Below, piece by piece: positions 1 through 7,311 of a DNA stretch of 29,192 bases. How positions within the stretch are numbered: position 1 is the first letter of the stretch; every line of letters starts with the position of its first letter. The stretch is from a virus. Its lineage: Duplodnaviria; Heunggongvirae; Uroviricota; Caudoviricetes. The stretch is from the IMG/VR virus record IMGVR_UViG_2700989521_000016; one strand, 5' to 3'. The position numbers and the translations under genes are program-made. The notes under the pieces were generated by a model. That model searched no databases. It was not told where the DNA came from and was given only the letters and a program-made list of their open reading frames with translations.

Positions 1-1251
1 GTGCTTACCGATACAAAATTAAAAAACCTCAAGCCGCAGGACAAACTATACAAAGTCTCCGATCGTGACGGGCTGTATGTAGCTGTACTTACGTCAGGTA
101 CGGTCTCGTTTCGCTATGACTACCGTATCAACGGTCGCCGCGAAACACTGGTAATCGGGCAGTATGGGCGTGACGGTATCAGCCTGGCAGAAGCTCGAGA
201 AGAACTGATTGCTGCAAAGAAGCTGCTTAAAGCAGGCCAGTCACCGGCTACGGCTAAACGTGACGGTATCAAAAAGATTCGTGGTGCCGATACGTTTGCG
301 GTACATACCGACAGTTATATGAAACACGTCATCCTGGCTGAAAGTACCCGCGCAATGAAGCAGGCAGTGATAGACCGTGACATACTTCCGGTTCTTGGCA
401 ACAAAATGATGGCTGAAATTACCACATCGATGGTTCGTGATTTGTGTGACCGGATTGTCGAACGCGGTGGCCGGGCAACAGCAGTACAGGCCAGGGAGAT
501 CATCAGCAGCGTATACCGTCACGCCAATGACCGTGGTCATGGTTTGTTTAATCCTGCGGCTGACATTAAACCTTCGTCTATCGCCATATTTAAACCACGA
601 GAGCGAACACTGACACCAGAAGAAATTGGCCTGTTCTTCCGTACGCTGGATGCCATTGGTGCTATGGGCACTATGAAAATGGCTTTAAAGCTGGTGCTTA
701 TCACTATGGTTCGTAAAGGCGAGTTCACCAATGCAACGTGGGATGAAATAGATTTTAAAAAATGGACATGGACAATTCCTTCAGACCGCATGAAGGGAAG
801 CCGGGCGCACGTTATTTACCTGCCTAAACAGGCACAGGATATATTGGTAGGGTTGCAGATGTGCGCTGGTGGAAGTGAATATCTGGTTCCTGGTCGTTAC
901 AACTTCCGGAAGCCATTATCTAATGCCGCGCTGAACTCTCTGATCGACAGAACGGTGAAAATAATAAATGAAGATGGTGAGCATATTCAGGACTTCACTG
1001 TACATGATATGCGCCGTACAGCCAGTACGTTGTTGCATGAGGCTGGTTATCCTTCAGACTGGATTGAAAAGGCTCTGGCACATGAGCAGAAAGGTGTGCG
1101 CGCCGTATATAACAAAGCGGAATATGCCAGACAGCGCGCCTACATGTTGCAGCAGTGGGCCGATATGATTGATTCCTGGATTAACGGGGAGCATACGGAT
1201 CTGATTCCGTTCTCCCCGTCGAAGTTTGAGAAGTGGATGGCGGGGGAATAA
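1..1251 (+). CDS. int: Tyrosine site-specific integrase, P4-type; begins at window edge with GTG, so the 5' end may be truncated by a codon or two
   Basis: 416-aa ORF; N-terminus (LTDTKLKNLKP...DGLYVAV...FRYDYRINGRRETLVIGQYG...SLAEAR) matches the characteristic P4-family integrase N-terminal domain from memory; C-terminal region has the R...H..R...Y-type catalytic-domain pattern (HDMRRTAST...VYNKAEY). Confidence 0.9.
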   Translation: MLTDTKLKNLKPQDKLYKVSDRDGLYVAVLTSGTVSFRYDYRINGRRETLVIGQYGRDGISLAEAREELIAAKKLLKAGQSPATAKRDGIKKIRGADTFAVHTDSYMKHVILAESTRAMKQAVIDRDILPVLGNKMMAEITTSMVRDLCDRIVERGGRATAVQAREIISSVYRHANDRGHGLFNPAADIKPSSIAIFKPRERTLTPEEIGLFFRTLDAIGAMGTMKMALKLVLITMVRKGEFTNATWDEIDFKKWTWTIPSDRMKGSRAHVIYLPKQAQDILVGLQMCAGGSEYLVPGRYNFRKPLSNAALNSLIDRTVKIINEDGEHIQDFTVHDMRRTASTLLHEAGYPSDWIEKALAHEQKGVRAVYNKAEYARQRAYMLQQWADMIDSWINGEHTDLIPFSPSKFEKWMAGE

Positions 1252-1254
1252 CGT

Positions 1255-1449
1255 TTAATTATTCTGCTGATTTTCTTCCATCTCGGCTTCTGCTGCCAGT
1301 GATTCAATTTTATCTGCGAATATTGCTGACAGTGTTGCAAATTCAGCATCAGTGACAGCGGGAATTGGAACAAACCTGATCCCGCTGTGTGCAAGCATGT
1401 TTGCAGTTTCAAGGCATTTCCTTAAATCTGCTGGTGATGCCCGGTTCAT
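1255..1449 (-). CDS. Small hypothetical protein (64 aa), acidic C-terminus; translationally coupled to upstream methyltransferase
   Basis: ATG at 1447-1449 overlaps the TGA stop (1446-1448) of the methyltransferase gene (ATGA overlap on minus strand); ends 3 bp from the convergent integrase stop. Confidence 0.4.
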   Translation of the reverse strand: MNRASPADLRKCLETANMLAHSGIRFVPIPAVTDAEFATLSAIFADKIESLAAEAEMEENQQNN

Positions 1450-2096
1450 GCTGCACGCTCCCGCCCCTGGTTGTCTGTTGGTGACAGCGGAGCATTGCTG
1501 AATGCATTTGTTAATCTGGCAATATCCAACGCGTATCCAGGGTGTAGTTGCACTGCCGGGTCTTCGCACTGATTACCCCAAACATCGAAGCCATGAGACG
1601 ACTGGCGGGCGAACAGTTCAATGCGAGAAACATCGCCTAACAATTGCACAAGTTTTTCACGAACGACATCTGGTTTTCTTGAATGCTCAAGCCGCGGTGC
1701 GGTAAATGACTGAACGATCCCTGCATTAATGCGCGGAGGTAGTTTTCCCTTTACTGCAAACAGGCAATCTTCACTATTGGCGCGAGTCATGTGACCCATA
1801 CCCATAACCAGTTTATCTGGTTGTCGACTACCACATTTTATCCACGTGAATCCCTTCATGGTCATCAGACGGAATCCCCAGGCTTCAACAACTTTTAGTG
1901 CTTCGAGTGGTTGTGTTGGCACCCACCACATGGCCAACAGACAGTTTTCATCGGCCAAATCCCACACAGGAAGGCGGCAGATATCCAGCACACTCATAAC
2001 CGGATATTTAAAACCGGCACCGCGATTACCATCTGCGGCTTTGTCCCGGTATACCCAGGGTGGATCTGCATAGATTAGTGTGTATTTCTTAGTCAT
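1446..2096 (-). CDS. MT-A70-family N6-adenine DNA methyltransferase (orphan, no adjacent restriction gene seen)
   Basis: 216 aa from ATG at 2094-2096 (MTKKYTLIYADPPWVY...); DPPW catalytic motif near N-terminus typical of MT-A70/phage Dam-like methyltransferases; the ORF track gives a GTG start at 2108, the ATG was preferred. Confidence 0.85.
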   Translation of the reverse strand: MTKKYTLIYADPPWVYRDKAADGNRGAGFKYPVMSVLDICRLPVWDLADENCLLAMWWVPTQPLEALKVVEAWGFRLMTMKGFTWIKCGSRQPDKLVMGMGHMTRANSEDCLFAVKGKLPPRINAGIVQSFTAPRLEHSRKPDVVREKLVQLLGDVSRIELFARQSSHGFDVWGNQCEDPAVQLHPGYALDIARLTNAFSNAPLSPTDNQGRERAA

Positions 2097-2388
2097 AAAC
2101 CACCCCACAACATCCTATGCCGCTATAGTCGCCACGGCGAAGGCCGTTACCTTTTGTGATACATTGGTCCCTGCGAACCGCGATCCTTGCACGCTCAACA
2201 TCACCAGAAGCAACATCCATACACTGAAGCCAAAGGTGAGCGGCAATGCGGAACTGTCCTTTTTTCTCTCTTTCAATTGCGCGTTTTTCGAACTCTATCG
2301 CCGCAGGAGTAACTGCGACAATCTTTGACGGACTGCGCATTGAAACCTTGTTCATGTGATATTTTTCAAGTCGGCTTAACTTTCTCAC
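2089..2388 (-). CDS. Hypothetical protein; start uncertain (GTG 2388, ATG 2355 or ATG 2340)
   Basis: ORF in the same leftward operon, stop overlaps the methyltransferase start by 8 bp; no recognisable family; weak RBS. Confidence 0.3.
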   Translation of the reverse strand: MRKLSRLEKYHMNKVSMRSPSKIVAVTPAAIEFEKRAIEREKKGQFRIAAHLWLQCMDVASGDVERARIAVRRDQCITKGNGLRRGDYSGIGCCGVVYD

Positions 2389-2497
2389 TTAATCCAACCC
2401 TCTCTGAAAATTAATGCCAGCAGATAAAGCCATGCTGAAACAGAAGCCAGGAATAAGTACCATCCTGACCATTTGCTCCAGTGCCTTAGCAGCGCAC

Positions 2498-2746
2498 TCA
2501 TGCCGCGTTGCTCACGGGACGATATACACGTTGCTGAACAGGAGGTTTTTTACCCTGGAACTCTGCCGGGCTTGCTGCCTGACGTTCATCAAGCCAACGC
2601 TCAACTTCATCACGGTTCCAGGCGCAGCGTTTATCGGTGATATACCAGCGTTTAGGAAATTCCCCTGCGCGCTCCATACGGTCGATAGTGCTCCATGACA
2701 GTGGCACCACCGCCAGGAGTTCCTTCTTACCTAATGCACCTTTCAT
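2498..2746 (-). CDS. AlpA-family phage DNA-binding protein / excisionase-like regulator
   Basis: 82 aa; motif LLAVVPLSWSTIDRMERAGEFPKRWYITDKRCAWNRDEVERWLDERQ resembles the AlpA/Xis winged-helix family; good SD (AGAGAGGT) upstream of ATG at 2746. Confidence 0.8.
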   Translation of the reverse strand: MKGALGKKELLAVVPLSWSTIDRMERAGEFPKRWYITDKRCAWNRDEVERWLDERQAASPAEFQGKKPPVQQRVYRPVSNAA

Positions 2747-2795
2747 AAATACCTCTCTTGGTTGCAGTGCGGCGCGTATGGCGCCGCGGTGGTGG

Positions 2796-3737
2796 TTACA
2801 TAGATGTTTCGTTTAATTCTTCCCGACGAACGCTGTAAACGTCGGTGGCTTTTGCCAGCAGTTCGTCATCATCTGAAAGTTTTTGTGCAATGTATTTGTA
2901 AGCCTTATCCAGTTCGGAGACAGTGCTGTAATTCATCGCTGCGCTGGTAAAGGCCATTAGCATTTCTTCTGGAGCACGGCTATCCGCTTTACGCGTTTGC
3001 TCATCAGGCTTTTTCACTTGTTTAGCGTTGATCAGACTGTTCATTCCCGCAGCAGTGATCGTTTGCGGAGTAATGTCTCGCTCAACGCGCGGTGCCGTTT
3101 CCTGTAATTCGTCTGGTGTGTAGACGCCCATGATTACGTCAGGACAGTGCAAGCGAGACCAGCGTTTTGTCGCAAGGTATGCGAGTTGTTGTTTCGGATC
3201 ACTGGCCCAAAGTGTGGAGTTTCTTACCTGTGCTTGAGACAGCATTAACTCAAGCACTCGAGGTTGATCCTCGCCCTTCATGGTTGCCCATACGCGAACA
3301 CCGCAACCTTCTTCGTCTTTTAGAGTCCAGCCTGGTGCGATATACGGATTGCCGTTTTTGGATGTTTTCTCAACAAACTTACCGATCACGCGTTCCCACG
3401 GCCCGAACCACTCGTAGTTGATGCGATCTTTTGTTGGCGACATTGTTGAGATAACTGCGTTTACTAATTGGGCTTCATAACCTAGCGTGCCGTTCACAAC
3501 ATGGGTTTTCTGAGCCACGGCAAACGGGTTCATTCCCCACTGCGCAGCCTGCATTGCCACGGCCATGCAATCAGCTGGTTTCCCGGCGAGGTGCGCCGGT
3601 ACCGTTACGCGGCTTTGCGCCATTACCTCGGCGAATTTCATCAGTTGGTTCAAGCCGTCTGGGCTGAAAATAGTTGCAGCAGTTCCAGCGATTGCTGTGT
3701 CTACTGGTGCGTTGATGTTTGCGATGTCGTTGCTCAT
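2796..3737 (-). CDS. bet: Bet/RecT-family single-strand annealing recombinase
   Basis: 313 aa from ATG at 3735-3737, which overlaps the exonuclease stop (ATGA); shares the ERDITP motif and surrounding pattern with lambda Bet from memory; the ORF track's alternative start at 3764 would overlap the upstream gene by 30 bp. Confidence 0.85.
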   Translation of the reverse strand: MSNDIANINAPVDTAIAGTAATIFSPDGLNQLMKFAEVMAQSRVTVPAHLAGKPADCMAVAMQAAQWGMNPFAVAQKTHVVNGTLGYEAQLVNAVISTMSPTKDRINYEWFGPWERVIGKFVEKTSKNGNPYIAPGWTLKDEEGCGVRVWATMKGEDQPRVLELMLSQAQVRNSTLWASDPKQQLAYLATKRWSRLHCPDVIMGVYTPDELQETAPRVERDITPQTITAAGMNSLINAKQVKKPDEQTRKADSRAPEEMLMAFTSAAMNYSTVSELDKAYKYIAQKLSDDDELLAKATDVYSVRREELNETSM

Positions 3738-4555
3738 ATGTACATATCCTGTTTGCGTGCCCACTCAGGGCGTTTAATGATTTCCACACCGCCCCATTCA
3801 TCATTGATGCGGCATTCGTGATAGGTATTCAGATCCCGGCGGAACAGAGTGTGCCCGGCATCGACATCCTGCGCATCCAGCTCGAACACGCGTACCGGAT
3901 ACCGACCACAATCAATGCTTTCGCTCACGGCAAGAAAGAAAAAACCATGCGGCTGACCAGTAACCCTCATTGCGCCTTCGCGGTACATTGCGTCCTGCAC
4001 GTGGTAGCGGAATTCCTCGATGTGGCGTGCAAAACGGTCCATATCCGCAACCTTTTTCACGTCGACGATCACGTTGTGCTCGTTCAGCCATTTGTCTGGA
4101 CGAATTCGGCACAACTCACCCGTTTCTTCATCGTTCCAGTACATTGATGCTTCGCAGTAACCAGGTGCTTCCAACATCCAGCGTGCCGCCGGATGAGCCA
4201 TTGCGCTATCACGCATCAGCTCCAGTTTTCGCCACTGCTCGACATCAAGTACCGCAATACCCATATCCGTCACATCACGAAGAAATGCTTCTTCGTCAGC
4301 TTTACCTTGTTTTGTCCGACGATCGAATTTCGGTGAAACGATGAAGCGTTTGTCGAATTCTCCAGGTTCCAGAAGCAGGCAGTGCAATGCGGTTCCCATA
4401 TCCAGTGCAGACTTTTTCTCTTCGTCTTCTGGTGCTGCCTGAACCCATTTAAGAAGCGCCGGATTCTTGGCAACCATGTCCAGTTGCGACTTACTCACGC
4501 CGTCACCGGCGTGGTAGTCTTCGTTGCTGATGTCGAAATAAATTCCCGGTTTCAT
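3734..4555 (-). CDS. PD-(D/E)XK-family exonuclease, recombination partner of Bet (RecE-like/DUF3799-type, not lambda Exo-like)
   Basis: 273 aa; position immediately upstream of bet; D...D-x-K-type motifs (RIRPDKW...IVDVKK); no resemblance to lambda Exo/YqaJ as recalled. Confidence 0.75.
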   Translation of the reverse strand: MKPGIYFDISNEDYHAGDGVSKSQLDMVAKNPALLKWVQAAPEDEEKKSALDMGTALHCLLLEPGEFDKRFIVSPKFDRRTKQGKADEEAFLRDVTDMGIAVLDVEQWRKLELMRDSAMAHPAARWMLEAPGYCEASMYWNDEETGELCRIRPDKWLNEHNVIVDVKKVADMDRFARHIEEFRYHVQDAMYREGAMRVTGQPHGFFFLAVSESIDCGRYPVRVFELDAQDVDAGHTLFRRDLNTYHECRINDEWGGVEIIKRPEWARKQDMYI

Positions 4556-4851
4556 GCCGCGTCCCTCTGCCCATCAAGCTGATCTGCCAGATCCCAGCTG
4601 GCGATAATTGCCATTGCCTCTCGCCGGTAGGCATCCATTAGTTCTTCGAACTCAGGGCTGTCTTTAGCGGCCTCCAGTACTTCCTGGCGAACGCCTTTGC
4701 CTGTTACAACGTCGAAAGTTGAGGCCAGTTGATGAAGTCGGATGCTCTCAATCAGTTCAACTTGTCGGTCATATAGCTGTTCTGACAGGCGGTAGTCCTT
4801 GTCGAACGCCAGCATGATTTTTTGAAGATTTTTCTGCTGATTAACGTTCAT
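4552..4851 (-). CDS. Hypothetical early protein (99 aa)
   Basis: ATG at 4849-4851 (MNVNQQKNLQK...); stop overlaps exonuclease start (ATGA); no family recognised. Confidence 0.55.
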   Translation of the reverse strand: MNVNQQKNLQKIMLAFDKDYRLSEQLYDRQVELIESIRLHQLASTFDVVTGKGVRQEVLEAAKDSPEFEELMDAYRREAMAIIASWDLADQLDGQRDAA

Positions 4852-4853
4852 TA

Positions 4854-5006
4854 TCAGCCCTCCCATATCTCGTTATCGTTGGCCACATCGCGAGCTTCTT
4901 TGCTGACGAAAGCCCACTTAATGCCTTCCTGTAAGGTGCGGAACTTCCAGCTCATGAATCCGCATGCAGTAACACAGCACCAACCGTTGATAATTTTCCA
5001 CTGCAT
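4854..5006 (-). CDS. Small hypothetical protein (50 aa), first gene of the leftward early operon; Cys/Trp-rich with hydrophobic segment
   Basis: Not in ORF track (below length cutoff); ATG at 5004-5006 preceded by GAGGTG SD 8 nt upstream on minus strand; TGA stop at 4854-4856, 3 bp from next start. Confidence 0.4.
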   Translation of the reverse strand: MQWKIINGWCCVTACGFMSWKFRTLQEGIKWAFVSKEARDVANDNEIWEG

Positions 5007-5025
5007 AACTTGTCACCTCGGCTTG

Positions 5026-5102
5026 TTACCGTTGAGGTAATAATTATGCGTATTTGGTTTGATGTCAATAGATATGAGTTGAAAAAATTACCTGCAAGGT
5101 AA
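5026..5102. promoter_or_regulatory. PL-like leftward early promoter region with two perfect TTACC-N5-GGTAA operator palindromes (5026-5040, 5088-5102)
   Basis: Perfect palindromes TTACCGTTGAGGTAA and TTACCTGCAAGGTAA read directly; minus-strand TTGACA (5063-5068) and CATAAT/TAATTA-like -10 candidates lie between and adjacent to them; exact -35/-10 spacing not resolved. Confidence 0.6.
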
Positions 5103-5113
5103 TTAGATGGACA

Positions 5114-5137
5114 ATAAAAAAGCCGCCAAATGGCGGC
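5114..5137 (-). terminator. Rho-independent terminator downstream of the repressor gene
   Basis: Stem GCCGCC/GGCGGC (5122-5137) with 4-nt loop, followed on the minus strand by a 6-nt U tract (complement of AAAAAA 5116-5121). Confidence 0.65.
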
Positions 5138-5159
5138 TTACTTACTGAAAAATATGATT

Positions 5160-5744
5160 TTATTGTTTGTTTTTTTCGTTCTGGTTGATGACAAATTCAA
5201 TGTAACTTTCGATCTTTGCTTTCTCGGTTTCAGGTAACAATGCGTAGCGCGAGCGGTCATAGTTGATAGTTGCAGGGTCGTGCGGGTGAATCAGTAGTTC
5301 ATATCCGTGACGCCCGAATGCAGATGCAACATTCTCCAGAGTGGAAATGGAAACGCTGACCTCATTGTTTAACAGGCGGCTGATTGTCACCTGGGCGACG
5401 CCGGATGCGCGGTGAAGTTTTCCCTGAGTTGAAAGGTCGCGGCTTTCACTCATCCAGCGTTCCAGGTTGTGAGCCGCCAGCTGACCAATGTCGCTTGGTC
5501 CAACAGGCTGAAAACCCTCCTGAGAAAGCGAGCGATCGATATCAAGCCAGTTACGTGGTTTATTGGCGGCAGCTTCAATTTTTCGCGCAACCTGGTCGCC
5601 GATAACCTTCTTGCCAAGAGCCCAGCGGTTTACCAGATTTGCCTGAGTTCCAAGTTTTTCTGCCATCCGCGTCTGAACACCATTGAATTCACGGTCGATC
5701 AAGTCGTTGAGATTTTGCCTGCGGACGTCCTGGATACTTTTCAT
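5160..5744 (-). CDS. Prophage repressor candidate with two tandem XRE-type helix-turn-helix domains and no recognisable S24 peptidase domain
   Basis: 194 aa; two HTH-like segments (MAEKLGTQANLVNRWALGKK...; ASGVAQVTISRLLNNEVSVSISTLENVASAFG); divergent from Cro-like gene with operator palindromes between them. Confidence 0.75.
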   Translation of the reverse strand: MKSIQDVRRQNLNDLIDREFNGVQTRMAEKLGTQANLVNRWALGKKVIGDQVARKIEAAANKPRNWLDIDRSLSQEGFQPVGPSDIGQLAAHNLERWMSESRDLSTQGKLHRASGVAQVTISRLLNNEVSVSISTLENVASAFGRHGYELLIHPHDPATINYDRSRYALLPETEKAKIESYIEFVINQNEKNKQ

Positions 5745-5799
5745 TTTCTGGAAAATCGCCTCATATATGAATCAGTAGATGATTCAATTTAAAGCAATA

Positions 5800-5862
5800 T
5801 TACCCAACAGGTAAATGCACCCCATAGGTAACTATCCTTGATTTTTGTTACCTTATGGGTGA
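5800..5862. promoter_or_regulatory. Tripartite operator region between repressor and Cro-like genes (sites 5800-5814 perfect, 5817-5831 imperfect, 5848-5862 9/10)
   Basis: TTACCCAACAGGTAA, GCACCCCATAGGTAA, TTACCTTATGGGTGA read directly; TTGATT -35-like hexamer at 5837-5842 upstream of the Cro-like gene. Confidence 0.65.
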
Positions 5863-5898
5863 ATATTTATTATCTGAAATAAATATCAGGCAATAGCT

Positions 5899-6129
5899 AT
5901 GAGCGATAACGGACATTTCGATTTCAAAAAGCACTGGCTTGCACTTACTCCGGATGAGCGTGAAGCCTTCGCACAGGAAGCCGGAACGACGAGTCACTAT
6001 ATCCAGACTCACTTAACAGGTAAGCGCAAAATGACAGGTAAAGTATTGATGAATGGGCTTTTTAAAGCCTGTAAAACAAGACAATGGCTGCGCTCAAAAG
6101 CAGAACTGGCATACTTCTTCTACTCATGA
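5899..6129 (+). CDS. Cro-like / YdaS-like small DNA-binding regulator
   Basis: 76 aa; position divergent from repressor; pattern resembles Cro/CI-type HTH (EAFAQEAGTTSHYIQTHLTGKRKM); weak SD. Confidence 0.65.
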   Translation: MSDNGHFDFKKHWLALTPDEREAFAQEAGTTSHYIQTHLTGKRKMTGKVLMNGLFKACKTRQWLRSKAELAYFFYS

Positions 6130-6150
6130 TATCCAGCCACAAACCTCTGT

Positions 6151-6173
6151 AGACCGCCATCCGGCGGTCTTTT
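6151..6173 (+). terminator. Rho-independent terminator after the Cro-like gene (tR1-like position)
   Basis: Stem GACCGCC/GGCGGTC (6151-6168, loop ATC) followed by TTTT (6169-6172). Confidence 0.65.
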
Positions 6174-6279
6174 CATATCTATTCGCACCTTAAAGGTAAT
6201 AAAAAACCAAATCTGGTTGATCTTTTTTTTGTGTCAGCACAAAATAACCGTAATCCCAATACTAATAACAGGGCTTACC

Positions 6280-6480
6280 ATGGAAATCATTACACGTATT
6301 GATGCCGCAAAGCGCGGACTTAAACGCTACTACACCGGAAAACCATGTAAGCACGGACATGACAGTGAACGCTGGGTTTACAACGGACACTGTGTTGAGT
6401 GCACCATGGAATCAAACCGTCGCATCAGGGCAGAGATTAAGCAGATCATGATTAATTCCTCCCCACAACATTCAAGCTGA
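6280..6480 (+). CDS. Small zinc-ribbon-like protein (66 aa) in the cII-equivalent position
   Basis: ATG at 6280; C-x-H-G-H ... C-x2-C motif (KPCKHGHDSERWVYNGHCVEC); the ORF track's longer version begins with TTG at 6217 and was not preferred; weak RBS. Confidence 0.45.
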   Translation: MEIITRIDAAKRGLKRYYTGKPCKHGHDSERWVYNGHCVECTMESNRRIRAEIKQIMINSSPQHSS

Positions 6481-6495
6481 TAGCGGAGATTAATC

Positions 6496-7311
6496 ATGAG
6501 CAGACATGCAACAGATTGGGCCTGGGAGACAGATCCAGGTAGCTCATCATTAAAGCTCATACTGCTCTCGATGGCTGACAGAGCCGATGAATATAACCTC
6601 TGCTACCCCAGCATAGAACGCCTCGTTAAAGACACTTGCCTGAATAAAAAAACCGTGCAGGCCGGGCTTATATCGCTCATGAAAATGGGGCTTATTTCAG
6701 ATACCGGAGAGAGAAAGGGAGCGACGAAAAGAGTGCGGGTTTTCTCTCTTAATATAACCAAAAACGGGAACATTAAAGGCAACCGGGAAGGGGGGAATGA
6801 ACCCGAAAACGGTAATGTTCCCGAAAACGGTAATATAACCAAAAACGGGATGTTGAATGATCCCAAAAACGGGATGTTGAATGATCCCAAAAACGGGATC
6901 CAGAACCAGTCATATAACCAGTCATTTAACCAAGAGAGGGAGAGCAGGACAAAAAACGGGAATTCTGTGCCTCATGACCCCGGCGCAAACAACGCCGTGA
7001 TGAATAACTTTGTTCCTCCTGGTGGGCCAGGGCAATTAGGCAAATTTGTCATGCATGAACAATGGCAGCCATCAGATGACTTTCTTCGGAAAAGCTCATT
7101 GCAGGGGATCTACCTGGACAGTCTGCCAACGGCACAGGAACTTGCAGAGTTCAGAATTTACTGGATGGCTGAGGGTAAGGCATACCATCAGGCACAGTGG
7201 GAGCAGAAGCTGGCAAGGCGGCTGCAGATTAGCAGACAGAAGCAATCAACATTACCTGATAACAACGTTCCGCACTGGAACAGCCCTGAAGCATGGGAGG
7301 ATTTCTTGTGA
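6496..7311 (+). CDS. Replication initiator protein (lambda O-like organisation: N-terminal HTH domain, iteron-encoded linker, C-terminal DnaT-like domain)
   Basis: 271 aa; sits directly upstream of and overlaps the P-like gene; internal iteron array encodes an NG-rich linker; GGAG SD upstream. Confidence 0.75.
   Translation: MSRHATDWAWETDPGSSSLKLILLSMADRADEYNLCYPSIERLVKDTCLNKKTVQAGLISLMKMGLISDTGERKGATKRVRVFSLNITKNGNIKGNREGGNEPENGNVPENGNITKNGMLNDPKNGMLNDPKNGIQNQSYNQSFNQERESRTKNGNSVPHDPGANNAVMNNFVPPGGPGQLGKFVMHEQWQPSDDFLRKSSLQGIYLDSLPTAQELAEFRIYWMAEGKAYHQAQWEQKLARRLQISRQKQSTLPDNNVPHWNSPEAWEDFL
6757..6900. repeat. Iteron array (candidate origin of replication) embedded in the replication initiator gene
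   Basis: Direct repeats read from sequence: CCCGAAAACGGTAAT at 6802-6816 and 6820-6834 (18-bp period); CCAAAAACGGGATGTTGAATGAT at 6839-6862 and 6863-6886 plus a partial third copy; related CCAAAAACGGGAA at 6757-6769. Confidence 0.7.

Noticed and set aside
2412-2465. 24-codon hydrophobic micro-ORF on the minus strand between xis and the next gene
   Set aside because: Too short, no RBS; cannot be distinguished from chance from sequence alone.
2796-3764. Longer Bet start at 3764
   Set aside because: Would overlap the upstream exonuclease gene by 30 bp; the ATG at 3737 forms a classic ATGA stop-start overlap.
6217-6480. Longer version of the zinc-ribbon ORF starting at TTG 6217
   Set aside because: TTG start with no RBS and a hydrophobic low-complexity extension; the internal ATG at 6280 is the more plausible start, though still weakly supported.
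6757-6900. Possible CRISPR array
   Set aside because: The repeats are tandem with no unique spacers, have 18-24 bp periods, and lie inside the reading frame of the replication initiator; they are iterons, not CRISPR.
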